Assembly (NCBI GenBank): GCA_050247435.1
Contig: JBFWUF010000003.1
Coordinates: 8,564 to 72,563, forward strand
Direction of reading: 5' to 3'
DNA from: Blastocatellales bacterium
GTDB taxonomy: Bacteria; Acidobacteriota; Blastocatellia; RBC074
DNA length: 64,000 nt
A program made the translations under genes and the position numbers. Below the pieces are notes generated by a model, which searched no databases, was not told where the DNA came from, and saw nothing but the letters and a program-made list of their open reading frames with translations. This document shows, piece by piece, positions 43,870 to 54,395 of this stretch (positions are counted from its first letter, which is position 1; every line of letters begins with the position of its first letter).

Positions 43870-45105
43870 ATGAACGTATTGTTGATCGAAGACGATGCGG
43901 CTTCCGCCGAAATAATAAAAGCTTTCTTTGAAGGCGAAGAGGCATTCCAATTGGAATCCGTCGCTCACTTGAACTCCGGGCTTGATCGGCTCGCCGAAGG
44001 CGGGATTGATCTTGTCCTGCTTGATTTCAATCTGCCCGACAGCGAAGGGATCGAAACATTTCTTCGCACGCATGAGCATTCGCCGAATGTGGCGATCATT
44101 CCCCTGACAGCGGTGAGTGATGAATCCCTCGCGTTGAAAGCAATCCAGCTTGGCGCGCAGGATTATCTGTTCAAAAGTTCGATTAGCCGACAGTTGTTGA
44201 CTCGCTCAATGCGTTACGCCGTCGAACGCAAACGTGGTGAAGAAGCCCTACGACGCGCTCACAACGAGTTGGAGCAGCGGGTCAGAGAACGAACCTCAGA
44301 ACTTTCAGACGCAAACGCGGCGCTGACCGAGCAGATTGCGGAACGGCGCAAGGCTGAGGAGGAGCTTCGCAAACTGTCGCACAGGCTGGTGCAGGTTCAG
44401 GAGAACGAACGCCACAACATCGCCCGCGAATTGCACGACGAGATAGGCCAACTTCTGACGGGGTTGAAGCTTACGCTTGAAATGTCCAATCGCGAACCGG
44501 GCCGCGACTTGAGCCCCGAACAGAATGACAGGGGGAAAACAAACCAGGAGCAGACAGGTCTGGAGCGAACTGGCCCTGAGCTAACCGGCCCGGAGCGAAC
44601 CGGCCCGGAGCTGACCGGCCCGGAGCTGACCGGGAAGATAGTTAACGAATTGATGGGGCGCGTGCGTGATTTATCGCTCAATTTACGCCCGGCGATGCTT
44701 GATGATTTGGGGCTTTTGCACGCCCTGTTCTGGCACTTTGAGAGATACACGGCGCAAACGGGCATTCGTGTAATATTCAATCACACCGGCCTGGAGGCTC
44801 AGCGGTTGGAACCGGAGATAGAAACCGCAGCTTATCGCATCATACAAGAGGCGCTGACCAATGTGGCGCGTTACGCGAACGTCGGCGAAGTGAAGGTATA
44901 TGTGACGGCGGACGCGGAGAATTTGTCAGTTCAGGTGTTTGATCAGGGAAAAGGATTCTTGCCGGAAGTCGCATTGGCGTCAGGCTCTTCGAGCGGGCTG
45001 ACCGGTATGCGCGAACGCGCGCAATTACTTGGCGGGACATTGATGATAGACGCCGCGCCCGATTCCGGAGCGAAACTGACAGCTCTGTTGCCCATTGGTG
45101 AATGA
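43870..45105 (+). CDS. Cytoplasmic REC-HisKA_3-HATPase histidine kinase
   Basis: N-terminal receiver (LLIEDD, LLDFNLPD), ERHNIARELHDEIGQ H-box, QEALTNVARY, DQGKGF, GLTGMRER. Confidence 0.93.
   Translation: MNVLLIEDDAASAEIIKAFFEGEEAFQLESVAHLNSGLDRLAEGGIDLVLLDFNLPDSEGIETFLRTHEHSPNVAIIPLTAVSDESLALKAIQLGAQDYLFKSSISRQLLTRSMRYAVERKRGEEALRRAHNELEQRVRERTSELSDANAALTEQIAERRKAEEELRKLSHRLVQVQENERHNIARELHDEIGQLLTGLKLTLEMSNREPGRDLSPEQNDRGKTNQEQTGLERTGPELTGPERTGPELTGPELTGKIVNELMGRVRDLSLNLRPAMLDDLGLLHALFWHFERYTAQTGIRVIFNHTGLEAQRLEPEIETAAYRIIQEALTNVARYANVGEVKVYVTADAENLSVQVFDQGKGFLPEVALASGSSSGLTGMRERAQLLGGTLMIDAAPDSGAKLTALLPIGE
44539..44634 (+). repeat. In-frame 15-bp VNTR (TGPEL/TGPER)
   Basis: About six accggcccggagctg-like units. 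Confidence 0.85.
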
Positions 45106-45134
45106 ATGCATAATCGTAGTGGGGGCGTCAGGAA

Positions 45135-45785
45135 ATGACTGACATTCTGCTCGCGGACGATCATCACATAGTGCGGCAGGGATTGAAGGCTCTGCTTGAA
45201 AGCGAACCGCACTTCCGGCTAGTCGGTGAGGCAGGCGACGGCATCGAGGCTGTGAGGCTGGCTGAACGGTTGAGGCCTGATGTTCTGATCACCGATGTGA
45301 TGATGCCCGGATTGAGTGGGCTTGAAGTCACACGGCAGGTAACGAAAAGCGTCCCGAAGACGCGAGTCGTCATCCTTTCGATGTACGCTGACGACGCTTA
45401 TGTGTTTGAGGCGCTCAGAAACGGCGCTTCGGGTTATGTCCTGAAAGATTCTCAAGCTTCAGATCTGGTGAGAGCCGTTCGGGAGGTGGCTGCCGGTAGG
45501 CGTTATCTCAGCCCGCCGCTTTCCGAGCGATCTCTGGAAGTTTATAGGAGAAAGATGGCGTCGGCGCCTGATGACCCCTACGAACTGCTGACCACGCGCG
45601 AACGCGAAGTGTTACAGTTGGTCGCCGAGGGACGCACCAGCGCTGAAATCGCCGACCGTCTATTCATCAGCCCTCGGACCGCCGAAGGCCACCGGGGCAA
45701 CCTGATGCGGAAACTCGGCCTGCAAAATCATACCGACCTTGTCCTCTTTGCGCTGAAGAGAGGGATACTGCCGCTGGGTCAATAG
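45135..45785 (+). CDS. NarL/LuxR-family response regulator
   Basis: LADDHHIVRQG, DVMMPG, LTTREREVLQLVAEG HTH. Confidence 0.95.
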   Translation: MTDILLADDHHIVRQGLKALLESEPHFRLVGEAGDGIEAVRLAERLRPDVLITDVMMPGLSGLEVTRQVTKSVPKTRVVILSMYADDAYVFEALRNGASGYVLKDSQASDLVRAVREVAAGRRYLSPPLSERSLEVYRRKMASAPDDPYELLTTREREVLQLVAEGRTSAEIADRLFISPRTAEGHRGNLMRKLGLQNHTDLVLFALKRGILPLGQ

Positions 45786-46154
45786 TCGTTCCGCTGGCGA
45801 CAAATCACTTCTCATTCATTCCTCTGGAAAACACGTAGTTCTACGTATGGATTGAACCGGAGCGTATTGGTAGTTTATCCGCCCTGCGCCGGAGTCTGTT
45901 CGAGCCAGGCTCTCGTTTCCACAATCTGGTGGCTTTAAACAGGGCGGGACAAAAACGATTCCTGACGTTGATGTCCGGCGCTAGCAAGCTCTGTCTGTAG
46001 TGGAGATGAGGGGTTTGTCTCCATTCAACAGAGGGGCGGGGCTCATCAGTGGGGAAGAGTCCCGCTCAAATTTTTTCTGGTTCGATCTTCATGTTTATCG
46101 GCGCGGGAAATCTCCCGCGCCTTCTTTTGCAGCCAACTAAATCTTTAACTCTTC

Positions 46155-46163
46155 TGTTATACT
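46155..46163 (+). promoter_or_regulatory. Extended -10 promoter of rnpB
   Basis: TG-T-TATACT ending 12 nt before the P1 5' strand. Confidence 0.65.
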
Positions 46164-46174
46164 TTCGTGCGAAC

Positions 46175-46719
<545 letters not shown>

Positions 46720-46775
46720 AAAAAATCGCAGGGCACAAATCTATCTTCGCGCGAAAGACGGATCAAAAACTGAAA

Positions 46776-47462
46776 ATGAGCAAATACGCATTCCTGAGAA
46801 GCAACGCATCGCTGGTTATCGTCGGCTTATTGTTGGGGTTGATCGGCGGATTCAAGATCGCCAACAGCCAGTACCGCAGCCAGCAGGGCGAGGCCCTGAG
46901 ACGCGACATAGCCCAGGCCACCAGTGGAATGTCAGGTCCGCAGGGAGTTACCGGCGCAATCATCGAAAAAGCCAAAGCCAATCCGAATGACGCCGAAGCG
47001 CAATTGGAGGCAGCCATTCAGTTCATTCAGATCGAACGCCCTCAAGAGGCTCTGCCATTCCTGGAGCAAGCCAACAAAGTCAACTCGAACGATCCGCGTA
47101 TCAGCGCCGGTTTTGGAATCGCTCATTTCATGCTGGGACAATTTGATCAGGCGATAGAATCACTGAAGCGGGCGCGCGAACAGGGAGCGAATGATCTGAA
47201 CGTCACCTCGTTGCTCCTCGGTTCGTACATCCAGACCGGAAAAAATCTGGACGAAGCTGACCGGCTGCTCAAAGAGCTTGAAGGAAAGGGCATTGATCCC
47301 GCCAAACTCGCCCGGATACGAGCGGATTTGAACGCGGCGCGTTCCGGCGGAAATGGGAGCGCAAATGCAAACCCGGGCGCGGCTTCAGGATCGAAAACTA
47401 CGCTCACGCACGGACCTGAAGAGCCTCAAATCAAACCCTCCCAATCAGGAGGCAAGAATTGA
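46776..47462 (+). CDS. Membrane-anchored TPR protein
   Basis: N-terminal TM (IVGLLLGLIGGF), ANPNDAEA and TPR helices. Confidence 0.8.
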   Translation: MSKYAFLRSNASLVIVGLLLGLIGGFKIANSQYRSQQGEALRRDIAQATSGMSGPQGVTGAIIEKAKANPNDAEAQLEAAIQFIQIERPQEALPFLEQANKVNSNDPRISAGFGIAHFMLGQFDQAIESLKRAREQGANDLNVTSLLLGSYIQTGKNLDEADRLLKELEGKGIDPAKLARIRADLNAARSGGNGSANANPGAASGSKTTLTHGPEEPQIKPSQSGGKN

Positions 47463-47746
47463 CTTTGGGCATCTTCCGCTGTCTCTTCATCCTGCTCGCT
47501 TTCGCCTTCATCGTTTATGTGTTGAAGGCGATTGCCCGCTTGACCCATCACCTGCGCGGAACGATCAAAGACGTGAAGGATATCCGCGAGAAGGTTAGCG
47601 GGCGTCCCGTCGCCAGCGCGGATATGATTCGCTGCCTCAATTGCGGGGCTTTTGTTTCGTCGCGTGACGCGGTGACCATCTCCTCAAGCGCCAGATCGCG
47701 GGCCTTTTGTTCAGACGAATGCGCTCGGGCGCACATTGCCAGATAG
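47459..47746 (+). CDS. Small membrane protein with TRASH/MYM-like metal-binding motif (PP0621-like)
   Basis: N-terminal [13 protein letters not shown]...FCSDEC. Confidence 0.75.
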   Translation: MTLGIFRCLFILLAFAFIVYVLKAIARLTHHLRGTIKDVKDIREKVSGRPVASADMIRCLNCGAFVSSRDAVTISSSARSRAFCSDECARAHIAR

Positions 47747-47928
47747 AAGTTGCGTTTTACATACTCCGGGCTATCATCCGCGCGCGGTTGCCCAAATTCA
47801 CACAAGGTTCATACAGGCGGATTCACACAAAGTTTCGGTCATTCAAGTTCTCAGCTCGTTCATTCCATCAACCACAGTCTTTCAACCAGACTGCGCGATC
47901 TTTGCGCGGCTCTTCTTCGAGGAGACGT

Positions 47929-50900
47929 ATGAAAAAAAGAAACAAGCCAATTCTGTTCGGTTCACTTTTGCTAGTTGTTCTTTCGAGTGGTTTGCTGTTG
48001 TCTCACAGCGCCGGGCGGGCGCAGACCGGCAAATCAGGAAAACAAAGATCCAACGCCTCAGCTAAAAAAACGCGCGCGGGTAAAAACGAAAAGTCGAAAA
48101 AGAGTAGTTCCACAATTGTTTCCGCAAACAAAGATTCAGAGAAAAGCCTCGCGGAGTCATTCAGATTCTGGCCGGCTCCTCCATCCGGGCCGCTGGCCCC
48201 AGGACAATTTGACATCGTTGAGAATTCTTTGGAGACCGCTCTGCCGGGCCGCAAAACCAAAAAACGATTCGATGAGCCTGACGCCGCGAACAAATACTAT
48301 TTGTTCAAACGTCTTCCCGAAGGAGAGAAGGAACTGCCGATTGAAAAGTATTTCGAGGCTCAGGAAGAGATGCGGTTGATGCCGCAATATTCGACGACGC
48401 TCGATCGGCAATGGGCCTCGGGCGCGGAGATGGCCGCCGAGCCTGATCAGCAGAAGCTGGGCGTGTGGACGCCGCTTGGGCCGGGGAACATCGGCGGGCG
48501 CACGCGCGCGATTCTGATCAACCCGCAAGACCCGAACGTGATTTATTCGGCGGGGGTCGCAGGCGGAGTTTGGAAATCAACCAACGCCGGCGCGACGTGG
48601 ACTCCAGTGTCGGATCTGATCGCCAACATCGCGGTCGTCTCTCTGGCTTTCGATCCCAAAAATTTCAACGTGATCTTCGCCGGAACCGGCGAGGGGTTTT
48701 TCAACGGCGACGCCGTGCGCGGCGCGGGCATCTTCAAATCCGCCGACGCCGGGCAGACCTGGACGCAGTTGACCGGGACAGCAGGCTCCAGCGATTTTCA
48801 TTACATCAACGATCTGGTCGTCAGTCCGAACGACAGCATGCGCATTTACGCCGCTACCCGCACGGGCGTTTTCCGCACGACCGACGGCGGCGCGACGTGG
48901 AGCCGTGCGCTGCCGGTGAGCGTCCCTGCCGGTTGCACCGATCTGGCGATTCGCACCGACAAGCAGACTGACTTCATCTTCGCCGCTTGCGGTTCGTTCG
49001 CTCAGGCGACGGTTTATCGAAACGCGGACGCCGGAGCCGCCGGCGCGTGGGATTCGGTTTTGTCCGATCAGGGGATGGGACGCACAGTGATAGAGATCGC
49101 TCCGTCGAATCAGAATGTGGTCTACGCGCTCTCGTCGGCGTTCGCAGGAACGTTCACACACGGCCTGCACGCGTTCTTCCGCTCGACTTCAAGCGGCGAT
49201 TCAGGCTCGTGGACGCCGCGCGTCCGCAACACCGATGTGACGAACGTGGTGGGCAGGGCCATCCTCTCGATACCGCCTTCCGCGCTCTCGACCGCCTGCA
49301 AATTCGGAACGACGGACAGCTTTGCCGGGCAAAGTTGGTACGACCTGACGATGGCCGTTGACCCGCTCGACGAAAACCGCGTCTGGATCGGCAGCGTTGA
49401 TTTGTTCAGAACCGACGACGGCGGCGCAACCTGGGGGTTGGGCGGCGTTGTTTACCCGCCTGCGGGCGAATGGAATATCCACCCCGACCAGCACTTCATT
49501 GTCTTCCATCCGAAATTCAACGGCGCCGACAACCAGGTGATGTACGTCGGCAACGACGGCGGAATCTATCGCACGAATAACGCGCGAGCGGCTGTCGCCG
49601 TTGGCGTCCCGGCGGTTTGCGATCCAAACGCCTCGCAGGTGCAATGGACGCCGCTCAACAGCGACTACGGCGTGACGCAGTTTTATCACGGCGCGGTCGC
49701 TCCCGACGGCAAGAGCTATTTCGGCGGCACGCAGGACAACGGAACCGTGCGAGGTGAAGACACTACTGGCGCGAACAACTGGAAGATGATTCACGGCGCC
49801 GATGGCGGATACAGCAACATTGACTTCCTCAATCCGAACATCCTGTACGCTTCGTCGCAGAATACCAACTTCTGGAAATCCACGGACAACGGCCAGTCAT
49901 TTTCTTTCGCCAGATTCGGCGTGACCGAGGCGGGGTTGTTCATCACGCCGTTGATCATTGACCCCAGCGACCCGAATCGTTTGTACACCGGCTCCAGATC
50001 AATCTTCCGCACGTCGGACGGGGCGACCACGTGGACGAACGCGACCGGCCGCTGGGTAAGCGCCGGAACGCTGAGCGCGATTGCGATTGCGCCGACCGAC
50101 GCCAACACCGGGTTCTTCGGTTATTCCGACGGAACGATTGTCAGAACCAGACGACTCCTCAACTACCCTGTCGGAACGTTGGCGGCGGCTCCGAACGAAG
50201 CTATCACGCGCCTGCGAGCCGGAGTCGTCTCGTGGGTGGCGGTTGATCCGACGAATAGAGACATAGCTTATGCGGCCTATTCGACGTTTGGCGGCGCGCA
50301 CGTTTACCGGACGATTGACGGCGGAGTGACGTGGGCGAGCATTGATGGCTCCGCTCCAATGCGGATTCCCGACATCCCGGTTCACTGCATCGCAATTGAT
50401 CCGTCGAACACCGCGCGGCTGTACGTCGGTACCGACCTCGGCGTTTTCGTTTCAACCGACGGCGGCGCGACGTGGTCTGTCGAAAACACAGGTTTCGCCA
50501 ACGTTGTGACCGAGAGCTTGAGCGTCAACGTCGCGAACGGAGTGACGACGCTCTTCGCGTTCACGCACGGGCGCGGCGCGTTCAAAGTCACCGCTAATTT
50601 GAGCGGGTGCAACTATGCGCTTTCGTCAACCGGCGGGGACTTCGCGCGCGCTGGCGGGGACGTTGTGGTGAACGTGACGACCAATCCCGGCAACGGTTGC
50701 AATTGGATTGCCCAGAGCAATGCTCCCTGGATCACTGTGGCGTCGAGCGCCGGCGGCGTCGGCAATGGCTCGGTCGCATTGAAGGTATTGGCGAACAACA
50801 GCATCGGCTCGCGCGCGGGAACGGTTCATATCGCGGGTCGCAGCTTCACCGTCATTCAGGAAGGCGCGCCCGACATTGACGCGCCATCGCTGGCGATCAC

Positions 50901-53900
50901 CAACCCGGCGACTCCGGTGATCAACACGGCCGCGGGTTCGATCAACATTTTGGGCACGGCGTCCGACAACATCCGCGTCGCCTCGGTGACGTGGTTCAGC
51001 AATCGCGGGCTTGCCGGAACCGCGACGGGCGCCGCCGCCTGGGGATTCGCATTGCCGCTGGTGACGGGGCAAAACGTCGTCACCATCAACGCGCGCGACG
51101 ACGCGGGCAACATCAGCAGCGCCGCGACGGTCACGGTCAACACAACCGCTTCGAGCGTGCTGGTCACGTCTGCCGGCACGGGCGTCACCGGCTTTAGCGG
51201 CGACGGCGGGCAATCTGTCGCGGCCACATTTTCAGGCCCGCTCAGACCCACTTTCGACAGCGCGGGCAATCTCTACATCTGCGACTTCAACAACAATCGA
51301 ATCCGCAAGATCGCGCCCAACGGCGTGATCACAACCATTGTGGGCAATGGCTCGCGTGGCTTCAGCGGCGACGGGGGCCAGGCCGTTGCCGCCCAGATCA
51401 ATCAGCCGGTTTCGATTGCGATTGATAAAGACGGCAACATCTACTTCGCTGATCGCGGCAATGAGCGCGTTCGCAAGGTGACGGTCAGCACTGGCGTCAT
51501 TACCACCGTCGCTGGCAAAGGCACGGCGGGTTTCAGCGGCGACAACGGCTCAGCCGCAGACGCTCAGTTGAGTTCTCCGAACGCGGTGGCCGTGGATGCG
51601 GCTGGCAATCTCTACATCGCCGACAGCTCCAACAACCGCATTCGCAAAGTCACGGCGAACACTCAGGTCATCACAACCATCGCCGGAACCGGAACCGCGG
51701 GATTCAGCGGCGACAACGGGGCCGCAACCTCCGCGACTCTGCGCGGCCCGTTCGACGCGAAGTTGGATAGCGCCGGAGACATTTACATCTCGGACAACGG
51801 CAACAATCGAATCCGCAAGATCACCGCCAGTTCAGGCGTGATCAACACGATTGCGGGAACCGGCTCCACGGTTTTCAACGGCGACAACATTCCCGCGACA
51901 AACGCCGCTCTGGGCAACGTCCTGGGAATGGCGCTGGATAGCGCGAAGAACATCTTTCTCTCGGACGTGACCAATTTTCGGATTCGGCGAATCGCAGCGG
52001 ACACTGGCGTCATCGCGACGATTGCCGGGGGCGGAGGCTCAGGTTTCAGCCCTGACGGCTCGGCGGCGGTTGGAGCGCGGTTGAACAATGTTCAGGGACT
52101 CGCCGTGGACCCGATGGGCGCGGTTTATTTTTCCGAGACGAATAGCGTCCGCATCCGCCGAATTGTTTCGGGCGTGGCCAACGACACGACTGCGCCGGTC
52201 GTGCAGATCACTTCGCCGGTCAGCGCGGCGGCCTACACTTCCACGAACAACCCGCTCGAACTGAAAGGCACGGCGAGCGACAACGGCGCAATCGCGGCGG
52301 TTCGTTGGAGCAATGATCGTGGCGGCTCCGGCGCGGCGCTCGGAACCAATTCATGGACGATCCCGGTGATCAGCCTGGCCAACGGCGTCAACAACATCAC
52401 GGTTACCGCCTGGGATGTCGCAGGCAATGCGAACAGCGCCGGCATCGCCGTGACTTTCAACGCTCAACAGTTGCTTGTCACCGTCGCGGGCACGGGCGTC
52501 AACGCTCAAAGCCGTGACGGCGGCCCAGGCGTCGCGGCCACGCTCTCGTTGCCGATGGGCATAGTGGCTGACAAGCAGGGTAACGTCATCTTCGCCGACT
52601 CGACCAACCGCCGCGTGCGCAAGGTTTCGCCGGCAGGCGTCATCTCGGCGTTTGCGGGCACGGGCATTCTGGGTTCGAGCGGCGACGGAGGCTCGGCAGT
52701 TGACGCCACGATGAACCTGCCTCGCGGATTGGCGATTGATTCGGCGGGGAATGTCTACATCGCCGACACCAACCTGAACAAAGTCCGCAAGGTGGGAGTG
52801 GACGGCAAGATCACGACGGTTGCCGGCAAGGGCAGCGGCTTCGGCGATTTCAGCGGCGACAACGGCCCGGCGACAAAAGCCGATCTGGCGGGGCCGGAAG
52901 GCGTCGCCGTTGATTCAGCGGGCAATATCTACATCGCCGACCGAAACAACATGCGCGTTCGCAAGGTGGCGGCTGCGACGGGAGTGATCACGACCATCGC
53001 CGGAACGGGGTTGATCGGTTTCAGCGGCGATAACGCCGCCGCAACACAAGCCGATCTGTTCGCGCCGAGCGGTGTGGCGGTTGACGCGGGCGGGAACGTC
53101 TACATCGCCGACGTGGGCAATCAGCGCATCCGCCGAATCAACGCAGCCGACGGTAAGATCACGACGATTGCCGGAACGGGAAGCGCCGGTTACAACGGCG
53201 ACGGCATTCAGGCGAAGGACGCGCAGTTGAATCTGACCACGCCCTGTCTGATCAGCCTCGATCCGGCGGGCGACCTGATTGTGCCCGACAACAACAACGG
53301 GCGTATCCGCAAAATCACGATGAGCACGGGCGTCATCTCGACGATTGCCGGAGGAGGCGTGGCTGGAGCCGGCAGCGAGGCGGTGGCGCCGGCGGGCGCG
53401 GTTTTGTCCGGGCCGACAGCGGCGTTCGTTGACGCGGCGGGCAATCTCTTCATCTCCGATACGCTCAACAACCGTGTCCGCCGCACGGTCACGGCCTCGG
53501 CGTTGCGAACCGTGGCGGCTATCTCGGCGGCGAGTTTCGCGACGCCGGGCGAACTTGCGAGCGACTCGGTCGCGGCGGCGTTCGGCGCCGATCTTGCCTC
53601 GGCGTCGCAATCGGCGAACTCCCTACCGTTGCCTTTGGCGCTTAGCGGGACGACAGTCAAAGTTCGTGACACCCTGGGCGCCGAACGTCTGGCTCAACTC
53701 TTCATGGTTGCGTCGGGCCAGATCAACTTCGCCGTTCCGAGCGGGACAGCCAGCGGACTCGCGGCCATCACCGTGACGAACGACAAAGGGGAGATCGCCA
53801 CAGGATCAGTCAGCATCGCCGCCGTCGCGCCGGGCCTCTTCGCCGCAAACGCGAATGGGCAGGGAGTCGCGGCTGCCGTCGTGTTGCGCATCAAACCCGA

Positions 53901-54231
53901 CAACACGGTGCAATACGAGCCGGTCGCGCGCTTCGATTCAGCGACCGCCAGGTTTGTCCCCGCTCCGATTGATCTGGGGCCTGAAAGCGACAAGGTCTTC
54001 CTGGTGGCTTTCGCCACGGGCGTTCGCGGACGGAGCGCGCTCGCCAACGTCCGCGCGACGGTCGGCGGCGTGAACGCGCCGGTGATTTTCGCAGGGTCGT
54101 CGCCGGGTTTCATCGGACTCGATCAAAGCAACATTCAGCTCGACCGGAGTCTGATTGGCAAAGGCGAAGTTGATTTGATTTTGACCGTGGACGGTAAGGT
54201 GGCGAATGCGGTGAAGATCAACATCAAGTGA
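47929..54231 (+). CDS. Giant secreted multidomain protein (2100 aa): BNR/Asp-box beta-propellers, BACON, Ig-like, two NHL-repeat blocks, TIGR03437-like C-terminus
   Basis: Many SxDGGxTW Asp-boxes; [19 protein letters not shown]; GFSGDNGxA...[21 protein letters not shown] NHL repeats; C-terminal ASGQINF...[13 protein letters not shown]...GLDQSN. GAGGAG RBS. Confidence 0.92.
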   Translation: MKKRNKPILFGSLLLVVLSSGLLLSHSAGRAQTGKSGKQRSNASAKKTRAGKNEKSKKSSSTIVSANKDSEKSLAESFRFWPAPPSGPLAPGQFDIVENSLETALPGRKTKKRFDEPDAANKYYLFKRLPEGEKELPIEKYFEAQEEMRLMPQYSTTLDRQWASGAEMAAEPDQQKLGVWTPLGPGNIGGRTRAILINPQDPNVIYSAGVAGGVWKSTNAGATWTPVSDLIANIAVVSLAFDPKNFNVIFAGTGEGFFNGDAVRGAGIFKSADAGQTWTQLTGTAGSSDFHYINDLVVSPNDSMRIYAATRTGVFRTTDGGATWSRALPVSVPAGCTDLAIRTDKQTDFIFAACGSFAQATVYRNADAGAAGAWDSVLSDQGMGRTVIEIAPSNQNVVYALSSAFAGTFTHGLHAFFRSTSSGDSGSWTPRVRNTDVTNVVGRAILSIPPSALSTACKFGTTDSFAGQSWYDLTMAVDPLDENRVWIGSVDLFRTDDGGATWGLGGVVYPPAGEWNIHPDQHFIVFHPKFNGADNQVMYVGNDGGIYRTNNARAAVAVGVPAVCDPNASQVQWTPLNSDYGVTQFYHGAVAPDGKSYFGGTQDNGTVRGEDTTGANNWKMIHGADGGYSNIDFLNPNILYASSQNTNFWKSTDNGQSFSFARFGVTEAGLFITPLIIDPSDPNRLYTGSRSIFRTSDGATTWTNATGRWVSAGTLSAIAIAPTDANTGFFGYSDGTIVRTRRLLNYPVGTLAAAPNEAITRLRAGVVSWVAVDPTNRDIAYAAYSTFGGAHVYRTIDGGVTWASIDGSAPMRIPDIPVHCIAIDPSNTARLYVGTDLGVFVSTDGGATWSVENTGFANVVTESLSVNVANGVTTLFAFTHGRGAFKVTANLSGCNYALSSTGGDFARAGGDVVVNVTTNPGNGCNWIAQSNAPWITVASSAGGVGNGSVALKVLANNSIGSRAGTVHIAGRSFTVIQEGAPDIDAPSLAITNPATPVINTAAGSINILGTASDNIRVASVTWFSNRGLAGTATGAAAWGFALPLVTGQNVVTINARDDAGNISSAATVTVNTTASSVLVTSAGTGVTGFSGDGGQSVAATFSGPLRPTFDSAGNLYICDFNNNRIRKIAPNGVITTIVGNGSRGFSGDGGQAVAAQINQPVSIAIDKDGNIYFADRGNERVRKVTVSTGVITTVAGKGTAGFSGDNGSAADAQLSSPNAVAVDAAGNLYIADSSNNRIRKVTANTQVITTIAGTGTAGFSGDNGAATSATLRGPFDAKLDSAGDIYISDNGNNRIRKITASSGVINTIAGTGSTVFNGDNIPATNAALGNVLGMALDSAKNIFLSDVTNFRIRRIAADTGVIATIAGGGGSGFSPDGSAAVGARLNNVQGLAVDPMGAVYFSETNSVRIRRIVSGVANDTTAPVVQITSPVSAAAYTSTNNPLELKGTASDNGAIAAVRWSNDRGGSGAALGTNSWTIPVISLANGVNNITVTAWDVAGNANSAGIAVTFNAQQLLVTVAGTGVNAQSRDGGPGVAATLSLPMGIVADKQGNVIFADSTNRRVRKVSPAGVISAFAGTGILGSSGDGGSAVDATMNLPRGLAIDSAGNVYIADTNLNKVRKVGVDGKITTVAGKGSGFGDFSGDNGPATKADLAGPEGVAVDSAGNIYIADRNNMRVRKVAAATGVITTIAGTGLIGFSGDNAAATQADLFAPSGVAVDAGGNVYIADVGNQRIRRINAADGKITTIAGTGSAGYNGDGIQAKDAQLNLTTPCLISLDPAGDLIVPDNNNGRIRKITMSTGVISTIAGGGVAGAGSEAVAPAGAVLSGPTAAFVDAAGNLFISDTLNNRVRRTVTASALRTVAAISAASFATPGELASDSVAAAFGADLASASQSANSLPLPLALSGTTVKVRDTLGAERLAQLFMVASGQINFAVPSGTASGLAAITVTNDKGEIATGSVSIAAVAPGLFAANANGQGVAAAVVLRIKPDNTVQYEPVARFDSATARFVPAPIDLGPESDKVFLVAFATGVRGRSALANVRATVGGVNAPVIFAGSSPGFIGLDQSNIQLDRSLIGKGEVDLILTVDGKVANAVKINIK

Positions 54232-54258
54232 GCCATCAGGTGAGCGGGGATTGACCGA

Positions 54259-54371
54259 TTCACCGCCGCCGCAGCGGAGAACGCAGAGGAAGCGCGGAGA
54301 GCCTGCAAGTAGATGCTTTCCGCTCCTCTTTCTCTGCGAGGTCTCAGCGTTCTCTGCGGCTCTGCGGTGAA
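54259..54371. repeat. Inverted array of CGCAGAG-type units
   Basis: ttcaccgc...gcggagaacgcagaggaagcgcggaga followed by tctctgcgaggtctcagcgttctctgcggctctgcggtgaa, between convergent genes. Confidence 0.75.
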
Positions 54372-54395
54372 GAAAGCTCAATTGAAGCTTAGCTT

